DNA of 63,412 bases, the filler included, from Chrysochromulina tobinii (lineage: Eukaryota), in the NCBI GenBank assembly GCA_001275005.1. It is 9 parts of 9 records of this genome, joined end to end, with 100 filler letters (N's around TTAATTAATTAA, not from the genome) between each part and the next. Parts side by side here need not be neighbours in the genome. Positions count along the whole stretch, not along the records: positions 1 to 8,132 come from JWZX01000245.1; positions 8,233 to 28,080 come from JWZX01000247.1; 7 more parts are not named here. One strand, written 5' to 3'. Position 1 is the stretch's first letter. The number at the start of each line of letters is the position of its first letter. Shown piece after piece: positions 1 through 11,885 of this stretch. The notes under the pieces were generated by a model. The model was not told where the DNA came from. It saw nothing but the letters and a program-made list of their open reading frames with translations, and searched no databases. The position numbers and the translations under genes are program-made.

Positions 1-233
1 TTCTACAGACTCCCTCTTCTCTCCTTCTCCTTCCTTTCCCTTCTTCTTCTTTTTCTTTTATTTCTTCAACCGTTAGAAAAACGCCGCCAGATTTCGTGGT
101 GGAAACATAGACGACAAGTTTGAAGTTACGACCTCGTTGATTAAGTTAGAAGGCAACGGAAGAACTGTCGAGGGAGGTCATACTGTCTAGCGTTAGAGCT
201 CACAGCGGACAGAGTCGCAGTTTGTCGTGAGCG

Positions 234-953
234 TCAGTTGTCTTCTTCTACCCATGGTAGCTCCGGCAGCTGTGACAACCGCACCTGCACGCACTCGCAA
301 TTGTTTGCCTTAACACCGGTGAGCGCGTACACAACCTGCTTGTGTGCGACGATGCATATTGTGCTCTCGTCGCCGCTCGGCGGGTCGTTGCACTGAGTGC
401 GCAAGAACGCCATCAACTCCACCATTCGTGCAGTGAAGAGGTCTCGAGGCTCGCCGGCGCACAGGTACTTGCCAGGCGGTCGCCACTCGGAGTCTTTCCA
501 GCTCGCATCGCCCTGGTACCACCACCACTCTCGCAGCGTCTCTCGCAGCCTCCACTCGGGATCGAAGCGGGCCGCAAGCTTCGCCACAGGCGAACCAACA
601 TCACTGCTCAGAAAGAGGCGCTCGGCTGCAAGCGGCGTGACGAGTCTCTTGGAGATGCTGAGGCCCGCGAACGCGAGCTCCGATGTGTGGAGTGCTCGCT
701 GCAGCGGACTGCTGATCAGCGCGTCCACCCGCGGCAGCTCGGAGCCTCTGAGCTTGGCGTTGAGCTCACTCGCTTGTGACACGCCGAGCGGTGTCAGCTC
801 AGTGTCGAATAAGCCCGGGTCGACAAAGTTGGGCGCTCCCCACTCGCTACCTGGCTTCGACAGATACTCGTTCATATGAGTATGCCCATGGCGGATGAAG
901 AGCAGCCGCGGATCGGCCAAGGTGAGCGAGAACGGGAGAACTGAGGCGAGCAT
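234..953 (-). CDS. Histidine phosphatase / phosphoglycerate mutase-like protein
   Basis: FIRHGHT (RHG catalytic motif), SSPLQRALHT and C-terminal IVAHK; first ATG at 953 (the ORF-track start at 959 is TTG). Confidence 0.85.
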   Translation of the reverse strand: MLASVLPFSLTLADPRLLFIRHGHTHMNEYLSKPGSEWGAPNFVDPGLFDTELTPLGVSQASELNAKLRGSELPRVDALISSPLQRALHTSELAFAGLSISKRLVTPLAAERLFLSSDVGSPVAKLAARFDPEWRLRETLREWWWYQGDASWKDSEWRPPGKYLCAGEPRDLFTARMVELMAFLRTQCNDPPSGDESTICIVAHKQVVYALTGVKANNCECVQVRLSQLPELPWVEEDN

Positions 954-1033
954 TCGCAAAGTTTTTCACACGGCAGTTCACACGGCGTCGTCGCCGCCAA
1001 ACTTACGGAGAAATTTCCTCGCGTGAGCCCCCC

Positions 1034-4000
1034 ATGACGCGTCACGTGTCGTTTTCCTTCGATCAAGTCGGGCTGGATTTCGCGGGACAACCGAACCGGC
1101 CTCCAATGGCGCCGTCCGCATTCTCCTCGAGCGGTCTGGGCCACGGGGCGCTGGGCCACGGTGACGCGGCCGCCTCAACATTTGGCAGAGGACCCAGCCG
1201 TATGGCGCTGGTCCCCCAGGCGGGAGTCAATTCCGGCGGCTACATGCTGTCGGCCGAGGAGTCGGACGTGCTGAAGCCCGCGATCCGTGGCGGCTGCTTC
1301 GGGACCGCACCGGGAACGCAACGGGCGGCGCCACCCGTTGATGAGCGCTCGGCGCTCGACCCAAATTTGGATGCAATCAAGCCACGCGCTGCCGCCGTGG
1401 CCTTCGGCCCGCCACCCTCGGAGCTGTCTGCGGACGCGCACCGCGCGCCGTGGCCCGTGGCGGAGGCGCCGCCTGCGCCTGGCCCTGGGACGTACGACGT
1501 GCCGGCTCCCGGGAGGGTGTATCGACGGTCCCCGGCGGTGGCAATGGCGGCGCCGACGACGGCGGAGCGTGCGGCAGCGGAGGCGCGTAAAGACGCGGCG
1601 AACAAGGAGTGGGCAGCCAAGGCGGCGGCCGCCGAGGCGGCCGCGCTCGCCGAGCGCGAGGCCGACGCCGCGGCCGCCGCTGCACGCGCTGCCGAGCTCG
1701 CCCATCGCGCACCCTTCCTCTCCTCAGCGCCGAGGGAGTCTGGGACCAAGATCACGCCCGGGACGGCGCCCGCGCCGTTGGGCCTCGAGGCCCTCGAGGC
1801 CGTGGCCAAGGTGGTGCGGCGCGCGGTGCCCGCCTTCTCGTTCGGGGCGCCACCCCAAAACGGCGCTCGTGACGGCGCTCGTGACGGCGCTCGGGATGGC
1901 GCGGACGAGACGCTCGGGACGGCGCCCGGTGACGCGCCCGGGACGGCGCTCCCGGGCCCGGGGGCGTACGAACCCTCGCTCGAGCTCGTGACGAAACGCG
2001 CGCCGGCCGCGTCCTTTGGCATCGGCGCTCGCTTTGTGAGCAGCCCGAGCAGCGACGGCGCCGACTGCGTCGCGGGGATGGGCGAAGAGCCGCCGCCCAT
2101 GACGCCGCCGCGCTCCCTCGGAGGCTACTATGACTCATCGAGCCGCTCTGTGCGAGGTGGCGCCATCGGCCGAGCGCCGCGCTTCGGAAATGGCAAGGAC
2201 GCCAAGGAAGGGGCCAGTGCGGGATCGTCGGTGCCATTCTCGCCGACCGCTTCCACAGTGCTCTCGGATGCAGCGACGGACATCGCACCGTTGGATGAGG
2301 TCAGTCGCGCGGCTGCAACGGTGCGGCCTCGTGCGCCGACTGCACTGATGGCGCCGGAGCGGACGGCACCGAAACACTCTACAAAGCTGCGCGAGGAGCA
2401 GCGGCAAGCGCGCCTCGGGCCCGGCCGTTACTCTCCGAAGCGCTCGCTCGTCGAACGGAGTGTCTCTGGCCCCTCGTTCGGTCCGTCCGCCTCGGCCGCT
2501 GCCTCGCCCTCCGCCTCCGCCAACGGCTCCGGCGCTGCCACGCCGACGACCGAGCAGCGCTCGCGCCACCGGCGCCGTGAGCCGCCTTCGCCTGGCCCAG
2601 CCAGCTACGCGCCGCGCAACCTGCTCGACACGGCGCCGGTGTGTCCGGGGGCGGCTTGGTCGAAGCTCAGTGGGCGCGAGCCGCCAGTGACGCCCAAGAC
2701 GGCGCCCTCGCCCAAGACGACGCCTCCGGCGACCCCCTCGACCGTCAAGGCAGAGGCGGAGGCGAGGGAGAGGTCAAGGGCAGAGGCAAAGGCGCAGGCG
2801 GAGGCGAAGGCCAAGGCGGAGGCGAAAGCGAAGGCGGAGGCGCAGGCAAAGGCCAAGGCGGAGGCGAAGGCCAAGGTGGAGGCGGACGCCAAGGCGGCGG
2901 CGGTGGAGGCGGCGGCGAAGGCGAAGGCAAGGGCCGGCGGCGGCACCGCTGGTGGGCCGGGCACTTACGAGGTCAATTATGGGCTGGTGGAGCGATCGGC
3001 GATCGGCGGCTCTTTTGGCAAGCTGCCGTCGACGGCTCCCCGGCGCCGGGCCGCGGAGGCGAAGAGCACTGTGAGCCGCGCGTCGGACGTGTTTCGTCAA
3101 TGGAAGGCGAGATCGGCCGAGCTCGAGGCGCTGCTGCGAGGAGAGCCGAGTGCATTCGCATTCACGAGGCCCGCCGTCCCTAGTGGGGGCGCGGCGGATG
3201 CCGTGCTGCGCCGCTCATCGTCGCTCGTGGTCTATAAGCCGCCCGCGAACGTGGCACCCCGGCATCCGCCGCTACGTGAGCACCCGGCCGTGCCCACGTC
3301 CTTGGCGCGCCGCCCGCCCAATCTGGAGCCGGAGCCGTTACGGTTCAAGCCGCGCGCACCCAGCTACGACTTTGGCAAGCTGCCGAGCCGGCTGCGCTCG
3401 GTACGGCGCTCGACCTCGCGCGCGCCGGTGCCGGTGCCGGTAGATCGGTCGATGGAGGCGGCGAGGGCGTACCTCGAGCTTGCGCTGCACCGCACGGCGG
3501 TCGCGATCTGGAGCCATCTCACCGCCGTCCGGTTTCGTCAGGCGGCGTCCCAGAAGCACTCCGGCAAGGGCAGCGAGCAGCATGCCACCACGACGGCGCT
3601 CTCGGTGCGCCGCCGTAACGAGCGCTTCGAAGGGGACGTTCTCAATTTGGATGTGCTCAAGGCGCTGCTCTCCACACGGTTCCACAAGGCGCCTGTCATC
3701 CGGTGGCTCCTGCCCAGCACGACGCCTCGCAAGGCGCTCGTGCCGCGCTCGCGCTTCGCGCCGTCCATCATGACGGCTCCAGTGCTCCTGCTACCCGAAG
3801 GCTCCCACCTGCGCCGGCATGTGCCCACGCCTCTCTTCGGACCGAAGCGCCATCGTGAGCGCTCTCGAGCGGACGAAGCCGCGCTGGCCGACGCGCTGGC
3901 CTTCGGCGGGATGGCCACGCGCGACGTCGACTGGCTTTCTCTCGATGTCTTGGCAGCCACATACGCGGCGGTCGAGCGCGCCGTAGCGGGCGCCCCCTTT

Positions 4001-5065
4001 GGGGCGCTGAGCCAACGCCGTTTCGAAACGGTCACCGCCGCGGCCGCGCTGCTTCCAGAGGGCTGCGTACTCGAGCTCCACCCCAACTACGACCTGCTCC
4101 ATCCACACCACGGGACGCTCGTCAACATGTCGGTGGGCTTGCCTACTGGCCGTGGCAGCTTTCGCACGGTGGCCCTTGATCCGGACGCACCTGGCGGGCG
4201 TTTCATCGACCTGCTGCTGCCCGGGCCGGGCACGTACGACGTCGAGCCCGCCCTCAACTTGGTGCGCCCGCATGCAATGGTCGTCGACTTTGGCGCCGCG
4301 TCCAATCCCCGGATCAGTGGAGGGGCGGCTCTGGAGCGGAGCACTCTCGCGGCGCTGATGCCCTCCCCGGCCACGTACGAGGCCGCACACGCGTGGATTG
4401 CGCACGCCATCACTGGCGCCCGCCGCCCGCCCGCGTTCAACTTTGGGCTCTCGGCCGGCCGTGGCGGCGGCGCCGAGGACGTGAGGGGCGCAGGGCCGTT
4501 GGGCGAAGGGACGTTACTCCTCCTTGAGGTGGGACGTGAGACGGGCCGTGCGATGCGCCACGATGGCGTGGGCGGCGCGCTCTCCCTCAGCCGCCAGGTG
4601 GGGCGTGCGGAGCTCAGCCGCCCGCAGGCCGGCGGCGGCGCGTGCGGCCCTCTCTCAGCCGGTGACTATGACGTCGATGAGCGCCCCGTGCGCCGCCGCT
4701 GGCCCGCCGTCGACTTTGGGCTTGGGCCCGGGCGCTCTGAGACTGCTGCGGATGGTGAGGGCGACCAGCTCGATCTGCAGCTCGAGATGGCAAGGGCCGC
4801 TGTCGAGCCACGCGCTCGAGTGGTCGACTTTTCGAGTGCGCAGGGGCACGAGAGCGTCGCGGCGGACGCGAATCCGTTCGAAGGGCAGCTGCTCGACCTC
4901 CACCCGGACCCCGAGGTCATCCTGCCCCGCCACCCCGCAGCTGTGATCCACCGCGACCCCCGGCAGCGCCGAGTGCGCCGCCAGCCTGTGGTGCGCGTCG
5001 GAGACGACGGAATCCTCTGCGACATCGAGAGAGCGCTTGCCATGCACGAAGCTGGCGACGAATAG
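1034..5065 (+). CDS. SHIPPO / sperm-tail PG-rich repeat (STPG/ODF3-like) axonemal protein, 1343 aa
   Basis: About 8 PGPGxY-type repeats (PGPGTYDV, PGPGAYEP, LGPGRYSP, PGPASYAP, GGPGTYEV, PGPGTYDV, PSPATYE, SAGDYDV), often followed by PAFSFG-like segments; KAEA-rich helix at ~2750-2930; uninterrupted ORF. Confidence 0.75.
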   Translation: MTRHVSFSFDQVGLDFAGQPNRPPMAPSAFSSSGLGHGALGHGDAAASTFGRGPSRMALVPQAGVNSGGYMLSAEESDVLKPAIRGGCFGTAPGTQRAAPPVDERSALDPNLDAIKPRAAAVAFGPPPSELSADAHRAPWPVAEAPPAPGPGTYDVPAPGRVYRRSPAVAMAAPTTAERAAAEARKDAANKEWAAKAAAAEAAALAEREADAAAAAARAAELAHRAPFLSSAPRESGTKITPGTAPAPLGLEALEAVAKVVRRAVPAFSFGAPPQNGARDGARDGARDGADETLGTAPGDAPGTALPGPGAYEPSLELVTKRAPAASFGIGARFVSSPSSDGADCVAGMGEEPPPMTPPRSLGGYYDSSSRSVRGGAIGRAPRFGNGKDAKEGASAGSSVPFSPTASTVLSDAATDIAPLDEVSRAAATVRPRAPTALMAPERTAPKHSTKLREEQRQARLGPGRYSPKRSLVERSVSGPSFGPSASAAASPSASANGSGAATPTTEQRSRHRRREPPSPGPASYAPRNLLDTAPVCPGAAWSKLSGREPPVTPKTAPSPKTTPPATPSTVKAEAEARERSRAEAKAQAEAKAKAEAKAKAEAQAKAKAEAKAKVEADAKAAAVEAAAKAKARAGGGTAGGPGTYEVNYGLVERSAIGGSFGKLPSTAPRRRAAEAKSTVSRASDVFRQWKARSAELEALLRGEPSAFAFTRPAVPSGGAADAVLRRSSSLVVYKPPANVAPRHPPLREHPAVPTSLARRPPNLEPEPLRFKPRAPSYDFGKLPSRLRSVRRSTSRAPVPVPVDRSMEAARAYLELALHRTAVAIWSHLTAVRFRQAASQKHSGKGSEQHATTTALSVRRRNERFEGDVLNLDVLKALLSTRFHKAPVIRWLLPSTTPRKALVPRSRFAPSIMTAPVLLLPEGSHLRRHVPTPLFGPKRHRERSRADEAALADALAFGGMATRDVDWLSLDVLAATYAAVERAVAGAPFGALSQRRFETVTAAAALLPEGCVLELHPNYDLLHPHHGTLVNMSVGLPTGRGSFRTVALDPDAPGGRFIDLLLPGPGTYDVEPALNLVRPHAMVVDFGAASNPRISGGAALERSTLAALMPSPATYEAAHAWIAHAITGARRPPAFNFGLSAGRGGGAEDVRGAGPLGEGTLLLLEVGRETGRAMRHDGVGGALSLSRQVGRAELSRPQAGGGACGPLSAGDYDVDERPVRRRWPAVDFGLGPGRSETAADGEGDQLDLQLEMARAAVEPRARVVDFSSAQGHESVAADANPFEGQLLDLHPDPEVILPRHPAAVIHRDPRQRRVRRQPVVRVGDDGILCDIERALAMHEAGDE

Positions 5066-5275
5066 ATAGACCACTCAAGCCTTTGACCGTCCAACGAAAA
5101 CTTATGTACGGTCCGCGCTGTAACGCTGTAGTCGATGATGCAGACCAGGAGCGTTGAGGACGGTGTAGCACGGATTATCGGATTTGATCCGTGTCCAGTC
5201 GTTTTCGTTACGTGTTTTTGTATCTCTATCTGAATCGCGAAGTAACGACACCGTGGCTAAGTGTACCTACGCGAA

Positions 5276-8060
5276 CTACCCCTTCAAATCGTCCAAAGTG
5301 GCGCCCCGCACCTTGTCCCAGAGTGCCTGCAAATCTGGTGGTAACGGGCTTCCAGAACCGGTCTTATCATCCTTGAGCTCGAGTGCTTCGGCGTGGCCCG
5401 CCCTGCCTCGATGGACCGTCTCCAGCACGGTCGCCGCCTTGGCTTCCGAATCTTTATCTGCCAGCTTGTCAGCCGCGACAGCTTTCTTTCCGGCTAGAAG
5501 GGCTACCTGGGCTGACCCTAAGGGCTTCCGCTTCGAGCCGTAAAGGTTTGCCAAGACCTTAATCTGCGTTTCCTTCTCTTTGGGGCTGGGCACGTTCACC
5601 TGTGATTACAGCGGAGAGTACAGTGAGGCGGCTGCTCGTGCTCCTTGGAGCGGCGGGCGGCGGGCGGAAGGCGGCGGCTTGCTGATCAATCCTAGCAACG
5701 GGTTCCGTTTGCCGCTCTTGTCCGAGCACGCCGGCAATCAACTTAGCAATCACCTCCTCCCTCTTCTCCTTGTCCTTCTCCTTCTTTAGCTGGGCTGCTT
5801 TGGCGCGGCCCGCCTTGCCTCGCTGGATGGCTTGCAGCCTGATCACCGCCTTCTCGTCCACCAGAGTCGCCTTGCCAGCGCCAGGAGCCTCACCATCTGT
5901 GCCTGCAGCGGCCTTCGCATCCGCCGCTGCATCAAGCTCCTTCTCCAGGCGCCAACTCACCTTCTGAGAGCCATGCGGAGACTTGTTTGAACGACGAAAA
6001 GAATGCGGAGACGAAGACGGAGATGTCTCTTGGGCGGAAGGAGGCCTCAGAGCAGGCGATTTCGGAAGACCGTCGGGGCCGTGTCGAGGCGAGAACGACT
6101 GAGGCACTGGGCAAGCTGATGGCTGAGGTGGAGCCTTGTTTGCAGGGGTCTGAGCAGTCGGCTTCGCCAGCGAGTTGGACTCTCGTTCAGGCGTGGCCGT
6201 TTGCGGCACCGTGCGCTTCATCTCGAGCTGATCAAACATGCTCCCTTTCGAGTCCTGTCGAGGCGATGCTGATTGAGGAGGCAGTGGCCGAGCTGGAGGT
6301 CTTAGTTCAGGGGCGCTTGCCGTCTGATCATTCTTGTCGTAGGTATAGATTTGGCTCATCTTCGCATCTCTCACGTGGCTTGGCAGCGTCGGTGCCGCCG
6401 TTCTCGGGGCCGACGGCGGCGTACGTACCGGGAATGAATGCGAGCGCATCGCGACGGTGGCAAGATCAGAGAGTGCAGGCGCCACGCGATAGGATCGGAA
6501 GAGGGCCGAATCACGCGTCCAGTGTTGCCCCTCCGTGCGTCGTGTGGCCGATGGTAGAGGCGTGGCGCGCGCGGCATGCGTGGCGCGTGCCGATGGCCAA
6601 GGCGTGGCCATTACGCTGCGATCATCAGCCTGAGGCTCGGCGTCCTCGGGCTGAGGAAGAGAAGGTGGGTCGCGGAGGCGGGGGAAGATGCCCGCCTCCA
6701 AACGTGGGTCCCACTCGTCCACCACGGACTCCTGCTCAGGAGACGCTTTTGGTTTTTGGTCATACGCGCGACGCCTCTTCTTGCGATGGCGTCTGATGTG
6801 CCAGCACAAGTAGCCCTGGCCCGCAAGGAGCAGGAATGCGATCAAGCTGCCAAACACGCCAGCAACAATCCACCCGTTGGATTGGCTGGATATTAGTGGC
6901 GTTAGTGGCGTGGACGGAGCCAACGGCGGCTGTGAGGGCGGGGCCTGAGGTGGGGGATGATGTGGCGGTGGTGGCGGAGGCGGCCTAGACGGCGGTGGCG
7001 AAGGCGGCGGTGGCGAGGGCGCATCGGTTCCAATAGATAAGAGCGTTGACGCCGCTTGCAGCACCTGCACACCCAGCGCAGCCGTGAGCGTCGCGGCGGA
7101 GACCTGACCTTGCGCGAACGCCTCCAGGTTGACGGCGGTTGCAGGCAGCACGACCAGAGCATCAACGTGGAGGCTCGCTGCGAGCACTCGCAGGGAGATG
7201 CACTCTGGAAAGACGCTCGTGATCGTCTCCGTATAGCGTGCAAGGCGGTTGGCATAGTTCCGCTGCGCAAAGACGTTAAATTGGCTCACTGTAGAATCGA
7301 CGGTAGCCTGCACGCTCACAACCGGCCTGAACGAGCCTCCGGGGTTGAGCGGGGCTGGTGGGCTGGGCGGCGGTGGGCTGGGCGGTGGCGAGGGTGGCGG
7401 CGGCGAGGGCGGTGGAGGTGAGGGCGGCGGCGGCGAGGGCGGTGGCGGCGAGGGCGGTGGCGGCGGAGATGGTGGCTTCGGCGATGGTGGCGGGGAGGGC
7501 TCGGGAGGTGAGGGCGAGGGCGGCGGTGGGGGGGGCGGAGATGGCTCGGGTGGGTTGCATGGAGGCGAGGCTGATGGTGGCGAGAAGCTTGGCAGAGGGT
7601 TGGGCGGTGGCGAGGCCAAAGAGAGCGAGGATGTCACGGTGAGCTGTGCAGAGCTCACGTACGTGAAGTGAGCGTCGAGGGTGGCGGGCGAGCCGGCTGG
7701 CGCGACGCAGAGCTTGTAGAACATCGGGCCGCCGAGGCTTACGGTGAGCGAGCGGCTCGAGAGCACGCCGCCGGTCGGGAAGAGCCGGCGGGCCGCGGCG
7801 CCCGCGCACGCGTCGTCACCAGAGGGGAGAAAGGCGCACGTTGCGCCATCAGTCAGCGCGTTGCCGACAAAGGTGATGGCCGTGGGGACGTTGGGGGGGG
7901 CGGTTGCGGGGATGAGGGTGAGATCGGGAGGCAAAGGTGGTGGCGAAGGCGGCGGAGGAGAGGGCGGCGGCGAGGGCGGTGGCGAAGGTGGTGGCGGTGC
8001 AGCAGACCGAATCCCTTCTCCTTGCCCTCCCCGGCATGATGATGAATGTCCCGCGACCAT
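5276..8060 (-). CDS. Ser-Pro-rich (extensin/pherophorin-like) single-pass membrane protein with cytoplasmic IQ motifs; probably 2 or more exons
   Basis: SPPP tracts, TM helix WIVAGVFGSLIAFLLLAGQGYLCW followed by a basic stop-transfer run, IQ motif AVIRLQAIQRGKAGR. A CAG acceptor at 5602-5600 opens a frame (5599-5276) with a second IQ-like motif AATVLETVHRGRAGH. Donor and start are uncertain. Confidence 0.55.
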
Positions 8061-8132
8061 CTACGCTCACACATGGTCAGCATGAAGCACGCGGCTGTCG
8101 AGCGACTCCTTGAGCACCGCCGCCTTGGCCGC

Positions 8133-8232
8133 NNNNNNNNNNNNNNNNNNNNNNNNNNNNNNNNNNNNNNNNNNNNTTAATTAATTAANNNNNNNNNNNN
8201 NNNNNNNNNNNNNNNNNNNNNNNNNNNNNNNN
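8133..8232. other. Artificial contig spacer (also 28081-28180, 32277-32376, 36813-36912, 50394-50493, 55064-55163, 57245-57344, 60790-60889)
   Basis: Identical 44N-TTAATTAATTAA-44N block eight times; the 12-mer gives stops in all six frames. Confidence 0.99.
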
Positions 8233-8614
8233 TGTGCGCAAGCAGCGGGAGCGTGTCGAGGAGACGGCGCGCCGAGCGATCAAGAGCATGTCGCTTCAGA
8301 GCTTGCGAGCGGCGATGAACGCGTGGGTTGTCAAGTGGATTTCGATTTCAGAGGCTCTTCAGCTTGATCGACAGCGTTACCAGCAGGCGCTTCTCTCCCA
8401 GCACTTTGGAACATGGATCGCCGCGACACGGGTCAGTCAGAAGGACAGCTCAGCGCAGCGTTATATCAAGCATATCAGGAGAGAGGCAGCACGTTCGAGG
8501 CGACACAAGGGGCTCCTTGTCCAAGCCGCCACGGCATCGCTTACGATTTCCTTGTATTCGACGTGGCGGGCAACGACAGCAAGCAGGGCCAGCAGACTCG
8601 GCATGTACTCATGA
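8233..8614 (+). CDS. 3' fragment of a helical protein with Trp-spaced (Sfi1-like) repeats
   Basis: Open from the contig start; RAAMNAWVVKW, QHFGTWIA, LYSTWRA periodic motif; resembles RRNLARGWTAWHGMW in the 28557-30627 protein. Confidence 0.4.
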
Positions 8615-8871
8615 TTCAGGTCATCTACGCGGCGCTAAAAGCGTCTGGGGGGCGGCTCGGTCGCGTACGGCTTTACTTGAGTGGCTTCCGTTAGGCTCGC
8701 ATGGTCCGGTCAGGCACCTGGATAGCACCTGGATCGGCTGAACCTCGTTGTACATGGATGGCATGACGGCGTTTTGCGGTTTTGGCCTCTCACGGCATTG
8801 AGGCATTTAGACATTCGACCGTCACAACCGTTGGTGGTGCGGGTGCGGGCATTGAGGTGCGGGTTGCTATA

Positions 8872-8946
8872 GTGGTGCCCCGTTCTTCACTATGAGGTGC
8901 CCCGTTCTAGAGGTGCCCCGTACTAGAGGTGCCCCCTTCAGAGAGG
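8872..8946. repeat. Short tandem repeat of ~16-nt GAGGTGCCCCGTTCTA units
   Basis: GGTGCCCC core seen four times in succession. Confidence 0.7.
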
Positions 8947-9308
8947 CGGCGAGACAAGATCCGAGCTCATGAGCGCACCATCGACCATGTTGTGTTGTTG
9001 TGCATGTCTTGCAACCATGCTACCTGTCTGTGCGGTGCCATGGGGTCGGCACAGCGATTGAGACAACCATGAAAGGCACCGCACATTTTGGGTACTGTAG
9101 TCTCACTTAGATCACACCATCCTCGTCCATTCACTGACGGAAACGTGTCTATTCTTAGTTCGCATGCCCGTGCATGCGGGCTACACGGCGCGTCCTGCAA
9201 TCTCAAACCCACGAGGTCACGAGCAGAAGCTTTTCCGAAGATCCTGATCGAAGCTGCCCTCGCAATGAACCGAACAAGTCCATAGGTCTCTACCTTTCCG
9301 GGTTCGAG

Positions 9309-11885
9309 ATGACATTCTTCTTCCACGTGATCGTGAGCACACTCGCAGCCAGCGTGCTGCCCGTCATCGTGCGCCGTGCTGCGGATGCGCGCTTGCTCAT
9401 CGAGCTTCGGATAGACGGACGACCCTTGCGCAAGCTCCAACGGCCGTCGAACGAGGCGCTGGGAAGCTCACTCGGCAAGGTCGGCAGCGCATTTTCGCCG
9501 CCCAAGAGCGGGGGAAAGAATAGTCTGCAGCCAGCGGACCAGGTCGAAGCTTGCCTCCTATTCGACTCTCGCGGGACTCCTTTCGACTCGTCGATGAGTG
9601 CTCTAGAGGCATGGTCCACCGCGGTGCACTTGCAAGTGGGATCCACGGTGCGTGGCGTGATCTTCGAGCCCGCCGAGGTCGTAGCGCTCTTACTTCCAAC
9701 TGTGCCGCTCATTGGCGTGCCACTCACACCTTGCATCGAGACGCGGGGCTGCGAGCCATGGCAGTGCCGCTGGACATGGGAGAGGCTTCCGCCTGGCTCG
9801 ACGTGGCAGACTGTCGGCTGGACCCGTGATTACACGCCGAGCGCTCACGATGAGGGCGCACGGCTGCGTGTGAGCGCGACGCCTCCGCCCACCTGCACCG
9901 CGGACCAGGCCGCCCTCGCACTCCTTGCATGCACTGCTGAGGCTACCGGGCCGGTGGAGGTCTGTCCTCCACGGCGGCTTCTCGGGCCGCGTGTGCGCGC
10001 CTTGAGAGCCGGAGGGTTGCACGGCGGAGGGTTGCACGGCGAAGGGTTGCACGGCGAAGGGTTGCACGGCGGCGGCGGCGGCGGGCGCGGCCGCCGGTTC
10101 CGAGTGCTCTCGTACAATGTGCTCGCGGATTGCTATTCGCGCCACTGGGACGAGGCCGGCTCGGTGCACTCGTACTGCAGCCAAGCCCTCACGCGCGGTG
10201 CGCATCGGATGCCGAGGATTGCACGCTGATTGCTGGCTGATTGCTTGCTGATTGCAGGCTGATTGCACGCTCATTGCTTGCTCATTGCTGGCTGATTGCC
10301 TCCCTCATCAGGTGCGCTTCGGATGCCGAGGATTCTGCAGGAGGTCCTCGCCTTTGCACCGGACGTGCTGCTGCTGCAGGAGGTGGACCTCACGTGGTAC
10401 GAGCAGTTCTGGAAGCCGGCGATGGAAGGGCGAGGCTACGTGGGCAAGCACACTCTCAAGCGTGGCCGAGGGAGCAGCGAGGGGATCGCATCCTTCGCAC
10501 TCGCCGATGCGTTCGAGATTGTCGAGATTCGCGAGCTCTCATTGTCCCTCGACAGACCCGACTTGCCCGTACCACTCGCGCGGCTGCTCGGCGCTCACAC
10601 GAGCACGCGCGACGCGGAGATCCCGACCGTTGCACAGCTCCTGCTGCTGCGCGAGGCGGCACCGGTCGCGTCGCCGACGGCCGTGCCGCGTCAGGTACTC
10701 GTCGCGAACACGCATCTCTACTTTGCCAACGAGGCGATGCACGTACGCACGATGCAGACCGCCCTGATCCTTGATGGTCTGCGCGAGTGGTCGGACGAGT
10801 TGCAGCCGCAGCAGCAGGAGGAGCGGCAGCGAGCCATCGGCGCGCTGGCCGCCTCCGCGCCAGCCCTCATCGTAGCGGGCGACCTGAACGCCGACGCGAG
10901 CGATGCTGCGCTCCAGTTGCTCACGTCTGGTCTCGTGCGCGCGGACGACCCTGATTGGCTACATGGCGCGCTAAACTGGGCACCGTCACTTGAGCTGCCG
11001 GCGGCCGCGCGTGAGTCGGCATTTGAGCTCGCGGCGGCGCTCATCGACTGCGTGGACGAGCGCTACAACGCTGTGCAAGGGTCGGATGTTGAGGCGGCAT
11101 GGGCGGAGCATCTGCGGCATTCCGATGCGGCGCGGCGCGGCGCACACGAGGAGGCGACGCTCGAGGGCGCGCAGCGCATCGCACGCGAGTTTCACCTCCT
11201 CCGCAAGGCCGTCCAGCTGCCGAGCTCGGCACGCAGCCGAGCGCACAAGCTGCGTGCCGACGCTCGGGACGACGCGAGCGCTCGGGACGGCGCGAACGAG
11301 CTCGAGCGCTTTGCGGCGGCCGTTGTGCGCGACGCGGCCGCTGGGCGTACGCTGCTCGAGAGCGAGGCGCTCGCGGCGGCGGAAGTGGCGCACCAATTGC
11401 GCCTCCCTCTGCGTTTGGTCATCCATGGCGTCGCCCCCTCGGCCGAGGACAGGCAGACTTCCTGGTTTTCTGCCGCGCATGCGCGCCTCGACGAGCTTCG
11501 ATTTTGGCTCGAGGCTGCCCAGGAGGCGCTGCGCACACGCGTCGCATCGGAGGGCGGCGGCCGTTGGCGGCGCGGTGGCGCGGTGGCCGCCGCTGGTCAC
11601 GACCCATCGGCGGCGGAGCTCTGGGCGTTGCGAGCCGCCGGCGTGTCACTCTCGAATCCGAAACCGCTCGTGTCGGTGTACGGCCCGAATCCTTTGCCTA
11701 CGCATGCGGTGCCGCGGTACGCGAACACGCTCGATTGGATCTGCGTCGACAGCCACCACCTCGACGTCGTCGGCGTCGCGCCGCTACCACCCGTCGAGGA
11801 GCTCACGCGCCACGTGGCAATGCCGAGCGTCGAGTGGCCGAGCGACCATGTGTCGCTCTGCTGCGACCTCGCGTGGCGTGAATGA
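9309..11885 (+). CDS. PDE12: PDE12 / CCR4-like EEP-family exoribonuclease; exons 9309-10197 and 10312-11885
   Basis: FRVLSYNVLAD, PDVLLLQEVD, VANTHL, IVAGDLNA, TLDWI, WPSDH; N-terminal WERL...YTPS...GARLRV domain as in PDE12/CCR4. The GT-AG intron 10198-10311 removes an in-frame stop. Alternative ATG at 9174. Confidence 0.8.
10198..10311 (+). other. Repeat-built intron (114 nt) with a 24-nt flanking exon duplication
   Basis: GT...CTGATTGCCTCCCTCATCAG; 10197-10220 vs 10311-10334 match at 23/24; body of CTGATTG/CTCATTG units. Confidence 0.85.

Noticed and set aside
8133..8232. TTAATTAATTAA palindrome repeated eight times within N runs
   Set aside because: Artificial concatenation linker; ORFs ending in X...LIN and any cross-linker gene neighbourhoods are artefacts.
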